Positions 40,529 through 52,894 of a stretch of DNA of 64,000 bases are shown here, one piece after another. The notes below the pieces were generated by a model. That model was not told the origin of the DNA. It ran no database searches and saw only the letters and a list, made by a program, of their open reading frames with translations. The translations under genes were made by a program, and so were the position numbers. The stretch is from Eledone cirrhosa (Eukaryota): assembly GCA_964016885.1 (NCBI GenBank), contig OZ024743.1, positions 78,988,001 through 79,052,000 on the forward strand, written 5' to 3'. Positions within the stretch are counted from its first letter, which is position 1. Each line of letters begins with the position of its first letter.

Positions 40529-40611
40529 AGCACGATGGCCGAGTGGTTAAGGCGTTGGACTTAAGTTCCAATGGACAAATGTCCTCGTGGGTTCGAACCC
40601 CACTCGTGCTA
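40529..40611 (+). tRNA. trnL: tRNA-Leu(TAA) variant
   Basis: Single variable-arm base change (GTCCTC). Confidence 0.8.
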
Positions 40612-41440
40612 AATTATTTTTTCTCAAAGTTGTCTTTTATTTCATTTATTCTATTGATTCCTGTGAATGTATGGCTGAATATGCTTGGGTACCGCCTACA
40701 GAAGATTTCGCTGAAAATATTGATCCGCGCACAATTTTTTGGTGAATCACGGCACCCCAACTGATTATGAAACTCAGTTTAATCTGGTCAGTATTTTATA
40801 ACGATCGCCGAGTGTTATTAGACATTATCACCTATGACCATATGACCACATGGGTTTGATCCAAATTCAAGCTACATACTTATTCCTTTATTCTGGTTTT
40901 TATTGTATATCTTTTGTTATTTGTCTCGTCTTCATTCCTTATTTTTCTAATTATTAATTAAACTTCTTCAAAATATAAATTTTTAAATCCAATAATCTTG
41001 CTTTCATAAATTTTCAATCTCTACAAACTTACATATAATGTATTATACTAGGTTACTTTAAAGTTATCTTCTAGAAAGTCTCTAAATCTCAATCTCTACA
41101 ACCTGACATATAATATATTACTTTAGGTTACTGTAAAGATATCTTCTAGAAACTCTCTAAATCTCACTCTCTACAACCTGACATATAAAGTATTATTGCA
41201 GGTTACTTTATAGATAACTTTCTAGAAGCTCTCTAAATCTCACTCTCTATAATTTCAATCATCCAGTTGTCAACATAATAGAACCTTCCTGTTATACTCA
41301 ATGTATTTTACCAGGACCACAAAACAATAACATGACTATATCTCACTATAGAGTAGTAAATTTATGAACTAATTTGAATTTAACATACGTAACATTAGTT
41401 AGTATAGCTTTTAAATATAATTTCTACTTTGAATAATATG

Positions 41441-41523
41441 AGCACGATGGCCGAGTGGTTAAGGCGTTGGACTTAAGTTCCAATGGACAAATGTCCGCGT
41501 GGGTTCGAACCCCACTCGTGCTA
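41441..41523 (+). tRNA. trnL: tRNA-Leu(TAA)
   Basis: Exact consensus. Confidence 0.92.
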
Positions 41524-42352
41524 AATTATTTTTTCTCAAAGTTGTCATTTATTTTATTTATTCTATTGATTCCTGTGACTGTATCGTTGAATATGCTTGG
41601 GCACCGCCTTCAGAAGATTTCGTTAAAAATATTGATCCGAGCACAATTGCTTGGTGAATCACTGGACCCCAACTGATTATGAAACTCAGTTTAATCTGGT
41701 CAGTATTTTATACCGATCGCCGAGTGTTATTAGACATTATCACCTATGACCATATGACCACATGGGTTTGATCCAAATTCAAGCTACATACTTATTCCTT
41801 TATTCTGGTTTTTATTGTATATTTTTTGTTATTTGTCTCCTTTTCATTCTTTATTTTTCTAATTATTAATTAAACTTCTTCAAAATATAAATTTTTAAAT
41901 CCAATAATCTTGCTTTCAAAAATGTTCAATCTCTACAAACTTATATATAATGTATTATACTAGGTTACTTTAAAGTTATCTTCTAGAAACTCTCTGAATC
42001 TCAATCTCTACAACCTGACATATAATATATTACTTTAGGTTACTGTAAAGATATCTTCTAGAAACTCTCTAAATCTCACTCTCTACAACCTGACATATAA
42101 AGTATTATTGCAGGTTACTTTATAGATATCTTCTAGAAGCTCTCTAAATCTCACTCTCTATAATTTCAATCATCCAGTTGTCAACATAATAGAACCTTCC
42201 TGTTATACTTAATGTATTTTACCGGGACCACAAAACAATAACATGACTATATCTCACTATAGAGTAGTAGATTTATGAACTAATTTGAATTTAACATACG
42301 TAACATTAGTTAGTATAGCTTTTAAATATAATTTCATATTGTGAATGATATG

Positions 42353-42435
42353 AGCACGATGGCCGAGTGGTTAACGCGTTGTACTTATGATCCAATGGAC
42401 AAATGTCCGTGTGGGTTCGAACCCCACTCGTGCTA
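42353..42435 (+). pseudogene. tRNA-Leu body with TAT anticodon
   Basis: Same variant as 36045. Confidence 0.7.
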
Positions 42436-43265
42436 AATTTTTTTTTCTCAAAGTTGTCATTTATTTTATTTATTCTATTGATTCCTGTGATTGTACGGCT
42501 GAATATGCTTGGGCACCGCCTTCAGAAGTTTTCGCTGAAAATATTGATCCCAGCAAAAGTTTTTTTGTGAATCACGGGACCCCAACTGATTATGAAACTC
42601 AGTTTAATCTGGTCAGTATTTTATACCGATCGCCGAGTGTTATTAGACATTATCACTTATGACCAAATGACCACGTGGGTTTGATACAAATTCAAGCTAC
42701 ATACTTATTCCTTTATTCTGGTTTTTATTGTATATTTTTTGTTATTTGTCTCCTTTTCATTCTTTATTTTTCTAATTATTAATTAAACTTCTTCAAAATA
42801 TAAATTTTTAAATCCAATAATCTTGCTTTCATAAAATTTCAATCTCTACAAACTTACATATAATGTATTATTCTAGGTTACTTTAAAGATATCTTCTAGA
42901 AACTCTCTAAATCTCAATCTCTACAACCTGACATATAATATATTACTTTAGGTTACTGTAAAGATATCTTCTAGAAACTCTTTAAATCTCACTCTCTACA
43001 ACCTGACATATAAAGTATTATTGCAGGTTACTTTATAGATATCTTTCTAGAAGCTCTCTAAATCTCACTCTCTATAATTTCAATCATCCAGTTGTCAACA
43101 TAATAGAACCTTCCTGTTATACTCAATGTATTTTACCAGGACCACAAAACAATAACATGACTATATCTCACTATAGAGTAGTAGATTTATGAACTAATTT
43201 GAATTTAACATACGTAACATTAGTTAGTATAGCTTTTAAATATAATTTCTACTTTGAATGACATG

Positions 43266-43348
43266 GGCACGATGGCCGAGTGGTTAAGGCGTTGGACTTA
43301 AGTTCCAATGGACAAATGTCCGCGTGGGTTCGAACCCCACTCGTGCTA
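43266..43348 (+). tRNA. trnL: tRNA-Leu(TAA)
   Basis: Only A1G (G-U pair). Confidence 0.88.
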
Positions 43349-44174
43349 AATTATTTTTTCTCAAAGTTGTCATTTATTTTATTTATTCTATTGATTCCTG
43401 TGACTGTATGGCTGAATATGCTTGGGCACCGCCTTGAGAAGATTTTGTTAAAAATATTGATCCGAGCACAATTGCTTGGTGAATCACTGGACCCCAACTG
43501 ATTATGAAACTCAGTTTAATCTGGTCAGTATTTTATAACGATCGCCGAGTGTTATTAGACATTATCACCTATGACCATATGACCACATGGGTTTGATCCA
43601 AATTCAAGCTACATACTTATTCCTTTATTCTGGTTTTTATTGTATATCTTTTGTTATTTGTCTCGTCTTCATTCCTTATTTTTCTAATTATTAATTAAAC
43701 TTCTTCAAAATATAAATTTTTAAATCCAAAAATCTTGCTTTCATAAATTTTCAATCTCTACAAACTTACATATAATGTATTGTTCTAGGTTACTTTAAAG
43801 ATATCTTCTAGAAACTCTCTAAATCTCAATCGATACAACCTGACATAATATATTACTTTAGGTTTCTGTAAAGATATCTTCTAGAAACTCTCTAAATCTC
43901 ACTCTCTACAACCTGACATATAAAGTATTACTGCAGGTTACTTTATAGATATCTTCTAGAAACTCTCTAAATCTCACTCTCTATAATTTCAATCATCCAG
44001 TTGTCAACATAATAGAACCTTCCTGTTATACTTAATGTATTTTACCAGGACCACAAAACAATAACATGACTATATCTCACTATAGAGTAGTAGATTTATG
44101 AACTAATTTGAATTTAACATACGTAATATTAGTTAGTATAGCTTTTAAATAACATTTCTATTTTGAATAATATG

Positions 44175-44257
44175 AGTACGATGGCTGAGTGGTTAAAGCG
44201 CTGGACTTAAGTTCCAATGGACAAATGTCCGCGTGGTTTCGAACCCCACTCGTGCTA
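44175..44257 (+). pseudogene. tRNA-Leu(TAA) variant
   Basis: B-box G changed to T (GGTTTCGAA), anticodon-stem mismatch. Confidence 0.65.
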
Positions 44258-45085
44258 AATTTTTTTTTCTCAAAGTTGTCATTTATTTTATTTATTCTAT
44301 TGATTCCTGTGACTGTATGGCTGAATATGCTTGGGCACCGCCTTCAGAAGATTTCGTTAAATATATTGATCCGAGCACAATTGCTTGGTGAATCACTGGA
44401 CCCCAACTGATTATGAAACTCAGTTTAATCTGGTCAGTATTTTATACCGATCGCCGAGTGTTATTAGACATTATCACCTATGACCATATGACCACATGGG
44501 TTTGATCCAAATTCAAGCTACATACTCATTCTTTTATTCTGGTTTTTATTGTATATTTTCTGTTATTTGTCTCCTTTTCATTCTTTATTTTTCTAATTAT
44601 TAATTAAACTTCTTCAAAATATAAATTTTTAAATCCAATAATCTTGCTTTCATAAATTTTCAATCTCTACAAACTTACATATAATGTATTATTCTAGGTT
44701 ACTTTAAAGATATCTTCTAGAAACTCTCTAAATCTCAATCTCTACAACCTGGCATATAATATATTACTTTAGGTTACTGTAAAGATATCTTCTAGAAACT
44801 CTCTAAATCTCACTCTCTACAACCTGACATATAAAGTATTACTGCAGGTTACTTTATAGATATCTTCTAGAAACTCTCTAAATCTCACTCTCTATAATTT
44901 CAATCATCCAGTTGTCAACATAATAGAACCTTCCTGTTATACTTAATGTATTTTACCAGGACCACAAAACAATAACATGACTATATCTCACTATAGAGTA
45001 GTAGATTTATGAACTAATTTGAATTTAACATACGTAATATTAGTTAGTATAGCTTTTAAATATAATTTCTATTGTGAATAATATG

Positions 45086-45168
45086 AGCACGATGGCCGAG
45101 TGGTTAAGGCGTTGGACTTAAGTTCCAATGGACAAATGTCCTCGTGGGTTCGAACCCCACTCGTGCTA
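45086..45168 (+). tRNA. trnL: tRNA-Leu(TAA) variant
   Basis: Single variable-arm base change. Confidence 0.8.
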
Positions 45169-46060
45169 AATTATTTTTTCTCAAAGTTGTCTTTTATTTC
45201 ATTTATTCTATTGATTCCTGTGAATGTATGGCTGAATATGCTTGGGTACCGCCTACAGAAGATTTCGCTGAAAATATTGATCCGAGCACAATTTTTTGGT
45301 GAATCACGGCACCCCAACTGATTATGAAACTCAGTTTAATCTGGTCAGTATTTTATACCTATCGCCGAATGTTATTAGACCTTATCACCTATGACCAAAT
45401 GACCACATGGGTTTGATCCAAATTCAAGCTACATGCTTATTCCTTTATTCTGGTTTTTATTGTATATTTTTTGTTATTTGTCTCCTTTTCATTCTTTATT
45501 TTTCTAATTATTAATTAAACTTCTTCAAAATATAAATTTTTAAATCCAATAATCTTGCTTTCATAAATTTTCAATCTCTACAAACTTACATATAATGTAT
45601 TATTCTAGGTTAAATTAAAGATATCTTCTAGAAACTCTCTAAATCTCAATCTTTACGACCTGAAATATAATGTATTTCTGTAGGTTACTGTAATGATATC
45701 TTCTAGAATCTCTCTAAACCTCACTCTCTTCAACCTGACATATAAGGTATTACTGCATATTACTTTATAGATATCTTCTAGTAACTCTCTAAATCTCACT
45801 CTCTACAACCTGACATATAAAGTATTACTGCAGGTTACTTTATAGATATCTTCTAGAAACTCTCTAAATCTCACTCTCTATAATTTCAATCATCCAGTTG
45901 TCAACATAATAGAACCTTCCTGTTATACTTAATGTATTTTACCAGGACCATAAAACAATAACATGACTATATCTCACTATAGAGTAGTAGATTTATAAAC
46001 TAATTTGAATTTAACATACGTAACATTAGTTAGTATAGCTTTTAAATTTTGAATAATATG

Positions 46061-46143
46061 AGCTCGATGGCCGTATGGTTAAGGCGTTGGACTTAAGTAC
46101 CAATGGTCAAATGTCCGCGTGGGTTCGAACCCCACTCGTGTTA
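46061..46143 (+). pseudogene. tRNA-Leu(TAA) pseudogene
   Basis: A box GCCGTATGG, mismatches in three stems. Confidence 0.7.
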
Positions 46144-46969
46144 AATTATATTTTCTTCAAGTTGTCATTTATTTTATTTATTCTATTGATTCCTGTGACT
46201 GTATGGCTGAATATGCTTGGGCACCGCCTTCTGAAGATTTCGTTAAAAATATTGATCCGAGCACAATTGCTTGGTGAATCACGGGACCCCAACTGATTAT
46301 GAAACTCAGTTTAATCTGGTCAGTATTTTATAACGATCACTGAGTGTTATTAGACATTATCACCTATGACCATATGACCACATGGGTTTGATCCAAATTC
46401 AAGCTACATACTTATTCCTTTATTCTGGTTTTTATTGTATATCTTTTGTTATTTGTCTCGTCTTCATTCCTTATTTTTCTAATTATTAATTAAACTTCTT
46501 CAAAATATAAATTTTTAAATCCAAAAATCTTGCTTTCATAAATTTTCAATCTCTACAAACTTACATATAATGTATTGTTCTAGGTTACTTTAAAGATATC
46601 TTCTAGAAACTCTCTAAATCTCAATCGATACAACCTGACATAATATATTACTTTAGGTTTCTGTAAAGATATCTTCTAGAAACTCTCTAAATCTCACTCT
46701 CTACAACCTGACATATAAAGTATTACTGCAGGTTACTTTATAGATATCTTCTAGAAACTCTCTAAATCTCACTCTCTATAATTTCAATCATCCAGTTGTC
46801 AACATAATAGAACCTTCCTGTTATACTTAATGTATTTTACCAGGACCACAAAACAATAACATGACTATATCTCACTATAGAGTAGTAGATTTATGAACTA
46901 ATTTGAATTTAACATACGTAATATTAGTTAGTATAGCTTTTAAATAACATTTCTATTTTGAATAATATG

Positions 46970-47052
46970 AGTACGAAGGCTGAGTGGTTAAGGCGCTGGA
47001 CTTAAGTTCCAATGGACAAATGTCCGCGTGGTTTCGAACCCCACTCGTGCTA
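46970..47052 (+). pseudogene. tRNA-Leu(TAA) pseudogene
   Basis: T8A and B-box G to T. Confidence 0.7.
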
Positions 47053-47881
47053 AATTTTTTTTTCTCAAAGTTGTCATTTATTTTATTTATTCTATTGATT
47101 CCTGTGACTGTATGGCTGAATATGCTTGGGCACCGCCTTCAGAAGATTTCGTTAAAAATATTGATCCGAGCACAATTGCTTGGTGAATCACTGGACCCCA
47201 ACTGATTATGAAACTCAGTTTAATCTGGTTAGTATTTTATACCGATCGCCGAGTGTTATTAGACATTATCACCTATGACCATATGACCACATGGGTTTGA
47301 TCCAAATTCAAGCTACATACTCATTCTTTTATTCTGGTTTTTATTGTATATTTTCTGTTATTTGTCTCCTTTTCATTCTTTATTTTTCTAATTATTAATT
47401 AAACTTCTTCAAAATATAAATTTTTAAATCCAATAATCTTGCTTTCATAAATTTTCAATCTCTACAAACTTACATATAATGTATTATTCTAGGTTACTTT
47501 AAAGATATCTTCTAGAAACTCTCTAAATCTCAATCTCTACAACCTGGCATATAATATATTACTTTAGGTTACTGTAAACATATCTTCTAGAAACTCTCTA
47601 AATCTCACTCTCTACAACCTGATATATAAAGTATTATTGCAGGTTACTTTATAGATAACTTTCTAGAAGCTCTCTAAATCTCACTCTCTATAATTTCAAT
47701 CATCCAGTTGTCAACATAATAGAATCTTCCTGTTATACTCAATGTATTTTACCAGGACCACAAAACAATAACATGACTATATCTCACTATAGAGTAGTAG
47801 ATTTATGAACTAATTTGAATTTAACATACGTAACATTAGTTAGTATAGCTTTTAAATATAATTTCTATTGTGAATAATATG

Positions 47882-47964
47882 AGCACGATGGCCGAGTGGT
47901 TAAGGCGTTGGACTTAAGTTCCAATGGACAAATGTCCTCGTGGGTTCGAACCCCACTCGTGCTA
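47882..47964 (+). tRNA. trnL: tRNA-Leu(TAA) variant
   Basis: Same variant as 45086. Confidence 0.8.
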
Positions 47965-48856
47965 AATTATTTTTTCTCAAAGTTGTCTTTTATTTCATTT
48001 ATTCTATTGATTCCTGTGAATGTATGGCTGAATATGCTTGGGTACCGCCTACAGAAGATTTCGCTGAAAATATTGATCCGAGCACAATTTTTTGGTGAAT
48101 CACGGCACCCCAACTGATTATGAAACTCAGTTTAATCTGGTCAGTATTTTATACCTATCGCCGAATGTTATTAGACCTTATCACCTATGACCAAATGACC
48201 ACATGGGTTTGATCCAAATTCAAGCTACATGCTTATTCCTTTATTCTGGTTTTTATTGTATATTTTTTGTTATTTGTCTCCTTTTCATTCTTTATTTTTC
48301 TAATTATTAATTAAACTTCTTCAAAATATAAATTTTTAAATCCAATAATCTTGCTTTCATAAATTTTCAATCTCTACAAACTTACATATAATGTATTATT
48401 CTAGGTTAAATTAAAGATATCTTCTAGAAACTCTCTAAATCTCAATCTTTACGACCTGAAATATAATGTATTTCTGTAGGTTACTGTAATGATATCTTCT
48501 AGAATCTCTCTAAACCTCACTCTCTTCAACCTGACATATAAGGTATTACTGCATATTACTTTATAGATATCTTCTAGTAACTCTCTAAATCTCACTCTCT
48601 ACAACCTGACATATAAAGTATTACTGCAGGTTACTTTATAGATATCTTCTAGAAACTCTCTAAATCTCACTCTCTATAATTTCAATCATCCAGTTGTCAA
48701 CATAATAGAACCTTCCTGTTATACTTAATGTATTTTACCAGGACCATAAAACAATAACATGACTATATCTCACTATAGAGTAGTAGATTTATAAACTAAT
48801 TTGAATTTAACATACGTAACATTAGTTAGTATAGCTTTTAAATTTTGAATAATATG

Positions 48857-48939
48857 AGCTCGATGGCCGTATGGTTAAGGCGTTGGACTTAAGTACCAAT
48901 GGTCAAATGTCCGCGTGGGTTCGAACCCCACTCGTGTTA
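48857..48939 (+). pseudogene. tRNA-Leu(TAA) pseudogene
   Basis: Same variant as 46061. Confidence 0.7.
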
Positions 48940-49765
48940 AATTATATTTTCTTCAAGTTGTCATTTATTTTATTTATTCTATTGATTCCTGTGACTGTAT
49001 GGCTGAATATGCTTGGGCACCGCCTTCTGAAGATTTCGTTAAAAATATTGATCCGAGCACAATTGCTTGGTGAATCACGGGACCCCAACTGATTATGAAA
49101 CTCAGTTTAATCTGGTCAGTATTTTATAACGATCACTGAGTGTTATTAGACATTATCACCTATGACCATATGACCACATGGGTTTGATCCAAATTCAAGC
49201 TACATACTTATTCCTTTATTCTGGTTTTTATTGTATATCTTTTGTTATTTGTCTCGTCTTCATTCCTTATTTTTCTAATTATTAATTAAACTTCTTCAAA
49301 ATATAAATTTTTAAATCCAAAAATCTTGCTTTCATAAATTTTCAATCTCTACAAACTTACATATAATGTATTGTTCTAGGTTACTTTAAAGATATCTTCT
49401 AGAAACTCTCTAAATCTCAATCGATACAACCTGACATAATATATTACTTTAGGTTTCTGTAAAGATATCTTCTAGAAACTCTCTAAATCTCACTCTCTAC
49501 AACCTGACATATAAAGTATTACTGCAGGTTACTTTATAGATATCTTCTAGAAACTCTCTAAATCTCACTCTCTATAATTTCAATCATCCAGTTGTCAACA
49601 TAATAGAACCTTCCTGTTATACTTAATGTATTTTACCAGGACCACAAAACAATAACATGACTATATCTCACTATAGAGTAGTAGATTTATGAACTAATTT
49701 GAATTTAACATACGTAATATTAGTTAGTATAGCTTTTAAATAACATTTCTATTTTGAATAATATG

Positions 49766-49848
49766 AGTACGAAGGCTGAGTGGTTAAGGCGCTGGACTTA
49801 AGTTCCAATGGACAAATGTCCGCGTGGTTTCGAACCCCACTCGTGCTA
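49766..49848 (+). pseudogene. tRNA-Leu(TAA) pseudogene
   Basis: Same variant as 46970. Confidence 0.7.
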
Positions 49849-50677
49849 AATTTTTTTTTCTCAAAGTTGTCATTTATTTTATTTATTCTATTGATTCCTG
49901 TGACTGTATGGCTGAATATGCTTGGGCACCGCCTTCAGAAGATTTCGTTAAAAATATTGATCCGAGCACAATTGCTTGGTGAATCACTGGACCCCAACTG
50001 ATTATGAAACTCAGTTTAATCTGGTTAGTATTTTATACCGATCGCCGAGTGTTATTAGACATTATCACCTATGACCATATGACCACATGGGTTTGATCCA
50101 AATTCAAGCTACATACTCATTCTTTTATTCTGGTTTTTATTGTATATTTTCTGTTATTTGTCTCCTTTTCATTCTTTATTTTTCTAATTATTAATTAAAC
50201 TTCTTCAAAATATAAATTTTTAAATCCAATAATCTTGCTTTCATAAATTTTCAATCTCTACAAACTTACATATAATGTATTATTCTAGGTTACTTTAAAG
50301 ATATCTTCTAGAAACTCTCTAAATCTCAATCTCTACAACCTGGCATATAATATATTACTTTAGGTTACTGTAAACATATCTTCTAGAAACTCTCTAAATC
50401 TCACTCTCTACAACCTGATATATAAAGTATTATTGCAGGTTACTTTATAGATAACTTTCTAGAAGCTCTCTAAATCTCACTCTCTATAATTTCAATCATC
50501 CAGTTGTCAACATAATAGAATCTTCCTGTTATACTCAATGTATTTTACCAGGACCACAAAACAATAACATGACTATATCTCACTATAGAGTAGTAGATTT
50601 ATGAACTAATTTGAATTTAACATACGTAACATTAGTTAGTATAGCTTTTAAATATAATTTCTACTTTGAATAATATG

Positions 50678-50760
50678 AGCACGATGGCCGAGTGGTTAAG
50701 GCGTTGGACTTAAGTTCCAATGGACAAATGTCCGCGTGGGTTCGAACCCCACTCGTGCTA
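50678..50760 (+). tRNA. trnL: tRNA-Leu(TAA)
   Basis: Exact consensus. Confidence 0.92.
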
Positions 50761-51566
50761 AATTGTTTTTTCTCAAAGTTGTCATTTATTGTATTTATTC
50801 TATTGATCCCTGTGACTGTATGGCTGAATATGCTTGGGCACCGCCTTCAGAAGATTTCGTTAAAAATATTGATCCGAGCACAATTTTTTTTGTGAATCAC
50901 GCGACCCCAACTGATTATGAAGCTCAGTTTAATCTGGTCAGTATTTTATACCGATCGCCGAGTGTTATTAGACATTATCACATATGACCAAATGAGCACA
51001 TGGGTTTGATCAGAATTCAAGCTACATACTTATTCCTTTATTCTGGTTTTTATTGTATATCTTTTGTTATTTGTCTCTTTTTCATTCTTTATTTTTCTAA
51101 TTATTAATTAAACTTCTTCAAAATTTAAATTTTTAAATCCAATAATCTTTCTTTCATAAATTTTCAATCTCTGCAAACTTACTTTAAAGATATCTTCTAG
51201 AAACTCTCTAAATCTCAATCTCTACAACCTGAAATATAATGTATTACTGTAGGTTACTGTAATGATATCTTCTAGAAACTCTCTAAATCTCACTCTCTAC
51301 AACCTGACATATAAAGTATTACTGCAGGTTACTTTATAGATATCTTCTAGAAACTCTCTAAATCTCACACTCTATAATTTCAGTCATCAAGTTGTCAACA
51401 TAATAGAACCTTCCTGTAATACTTAATGTATTTTACCAGGACCACAAAACAATAACATGACTATATCTCACTATAGAGTAGTAGATTTATGAACTAATTT
51501 GAATTTAACATATGTAACATTAGTTAGTATAGCTTTTAAATATAATTTTATATTTTGAAAAATATG

Positions 51567-51647
51567 TGCACGATGGCCGAGTGGTTAAGGCTTAACTTAA
51601 GTTCCAATGTACAAGTGTCCCCGTGGGTTCGAACTCCACTCGTGCTA
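51567..51647 (+). pseudogene. tRNA-Leu(TAA) pseudogene
   Basis: 2-nt net deletion around the anticodon stem plus substitutions. Confidence 0.85.
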
Positions 51648-52811
51648 AATTATTTTTTCTTCAAGTTGTCATTTATTTTATTTATTCTATTGATTTATTT
51701 GATTGTATGGCTGAATATTCTTGGGCACCGCCTTCAGAAGATTCCGCTGAAAATATTGATCCGAGCACAATTCTTCTGTGAATCACGGGACCCCAGCTGA
51801 TTATGAAACTTAGTTTAATCTGGTCAGTATTTTAGACCGATCGCCGAGTTTTATTAGACATTATCACCTATGACCAAATGACCACATGGATTTGATCCAA
51901 ATTCAAGCTACATACTTATTCCATTATTCTGGTTTTTATTGTATATTTTTTGTTATTTGTCTCCTTTTCATTCTTTATTTTTCTAATTATTAATGAAACT
52001 TCTTCAAAATATAAATTTTTAAATCCAATAATCTTTCTTTCATAAATTTTCAATCTCTACAAACATACATATAATGTATTATTCTAGGTTACTTTAAAGA
52101 TATCTTCTAGAAACTCTCTAAATCTCACTCTCTACAATGTCAATCTTCCAGTTGTCATAATAGAACCTTCCAATCATCCAGTTGTCATAATAGAACCTTC
52201 CTGTTATAATTTATATGTAGGGTTGTAGAGAGTGAGATTTAGAGAGTTTCTAGAAGAAATCTATATCGTAGCCTACTGTAATACTTCATATGTCAGGTTG
52301 TAGAGAGTCAGATTTTGATCGTTTCTAGAAAATATCTTTCAAGTAACCTAGAATAATACATTATATGTAAGGTTGTAGATTTTGAAAAGTTATGAAAGCA
52401 AGATTATGAAAGAAAGATTATTGGATGTAAGAATTTATATTTTGAAGAAGTTTAATTAATATGTATAAAAATTTAGAGTAATAATGAGACAAAAAAACTA
52501 AAAATATATAATAAAAATGAGAGTAAAGGAAAAAAGATGTAGCTTTAATTTGTATCAAACCCATGTGGTTATTTAGTCATAGGTGATAATGTTTAATACA
52601 TTAACCACTCGGCAATTGGTATAAGATACTGACCAGAGTATAAAATACTGTGTTTTATAATCAGTTGTGGTCCCATGGTCCACAAACGATTTTACTCGAA
52701 TCAACATTTTCGGCGAAATCTTCTGAAGGCGGTGCTCGAGCATGTCAGCCGAACAATCACAGGAATCAATAGAACAAACAAAGGAAATGACAACTTGAAG
52801 GAAAAATACTT

Positions 52812-52894
52812 TAGCACGAGTGGGGTTCGAACCCACGCAGAGATTTGTTTATTGGAACTTAAGTCCAACGCCTTTACCACTTGGCCATCTTGCT
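52812..52894 (-). pseudogene. Degenerate tRNA-Leu(TAA)
   Basis: Anticodon arm and T arm intact; variable arm and acceptor mutated. Confidence 0.8.

Larger units (their letters stand above)
29830..43750 (+). repeat. Higher-order repeat: 7 units, 6308 bp, ~2.2 copies
   Basis: Variant-matched tRNA starts 6308 apart: 30650/36958, 31562/37870, 32475/38783, 33387/39695, 34221/40529, 35133/41441, 36045/42353. Confidence 0.92.
43540..50660 (+). repeat. Higher-order repeat: 3 units, ~2796 bp, ~2.5 copies
   Basis: Variant-matched starts 44175/46970/49766, 45086/47882, 46061/48857. Confidence 0.9.
8000..52208 (+). repeat. Tandem tDNA array (~912-bp unit, 48 tRNA-Leu(TAA) copies)
   Basis: tRNA starts spaced ~912 bp; length variants 900 (12-bp deletion), ~835 (-75), 975 (+75-12), 1061 (SINE insertion). 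Confidence 0.98.

Noticed and set aside
8855-50987. Repeated 67-98 aa 'MVKALDLSSNGQMSAW...' ORFs as a tandem small membrane-protein family
   Set aside because: They start at a GTG inside the tRNA D-loop, read through the tRNA and its T-rich terminator (hence the hydrophobicity), and are freely frameshifted or stopped between units
8000-52208. CRISPR-like array
   Set aside because: Spacers are homologous rather than unique, the period is ~912 bp, there are no cas genes, and the context is eukaryotic
8000-52208. The 912-bp unit as a tRNA-headed SINE or Helitron concatemer
   Set aside because: The consensus is a complete canonical tRNA followed immediately by a terminator; I saw no TSDs, unit-end tail, or TC/CTRR-plus-hairpin termini
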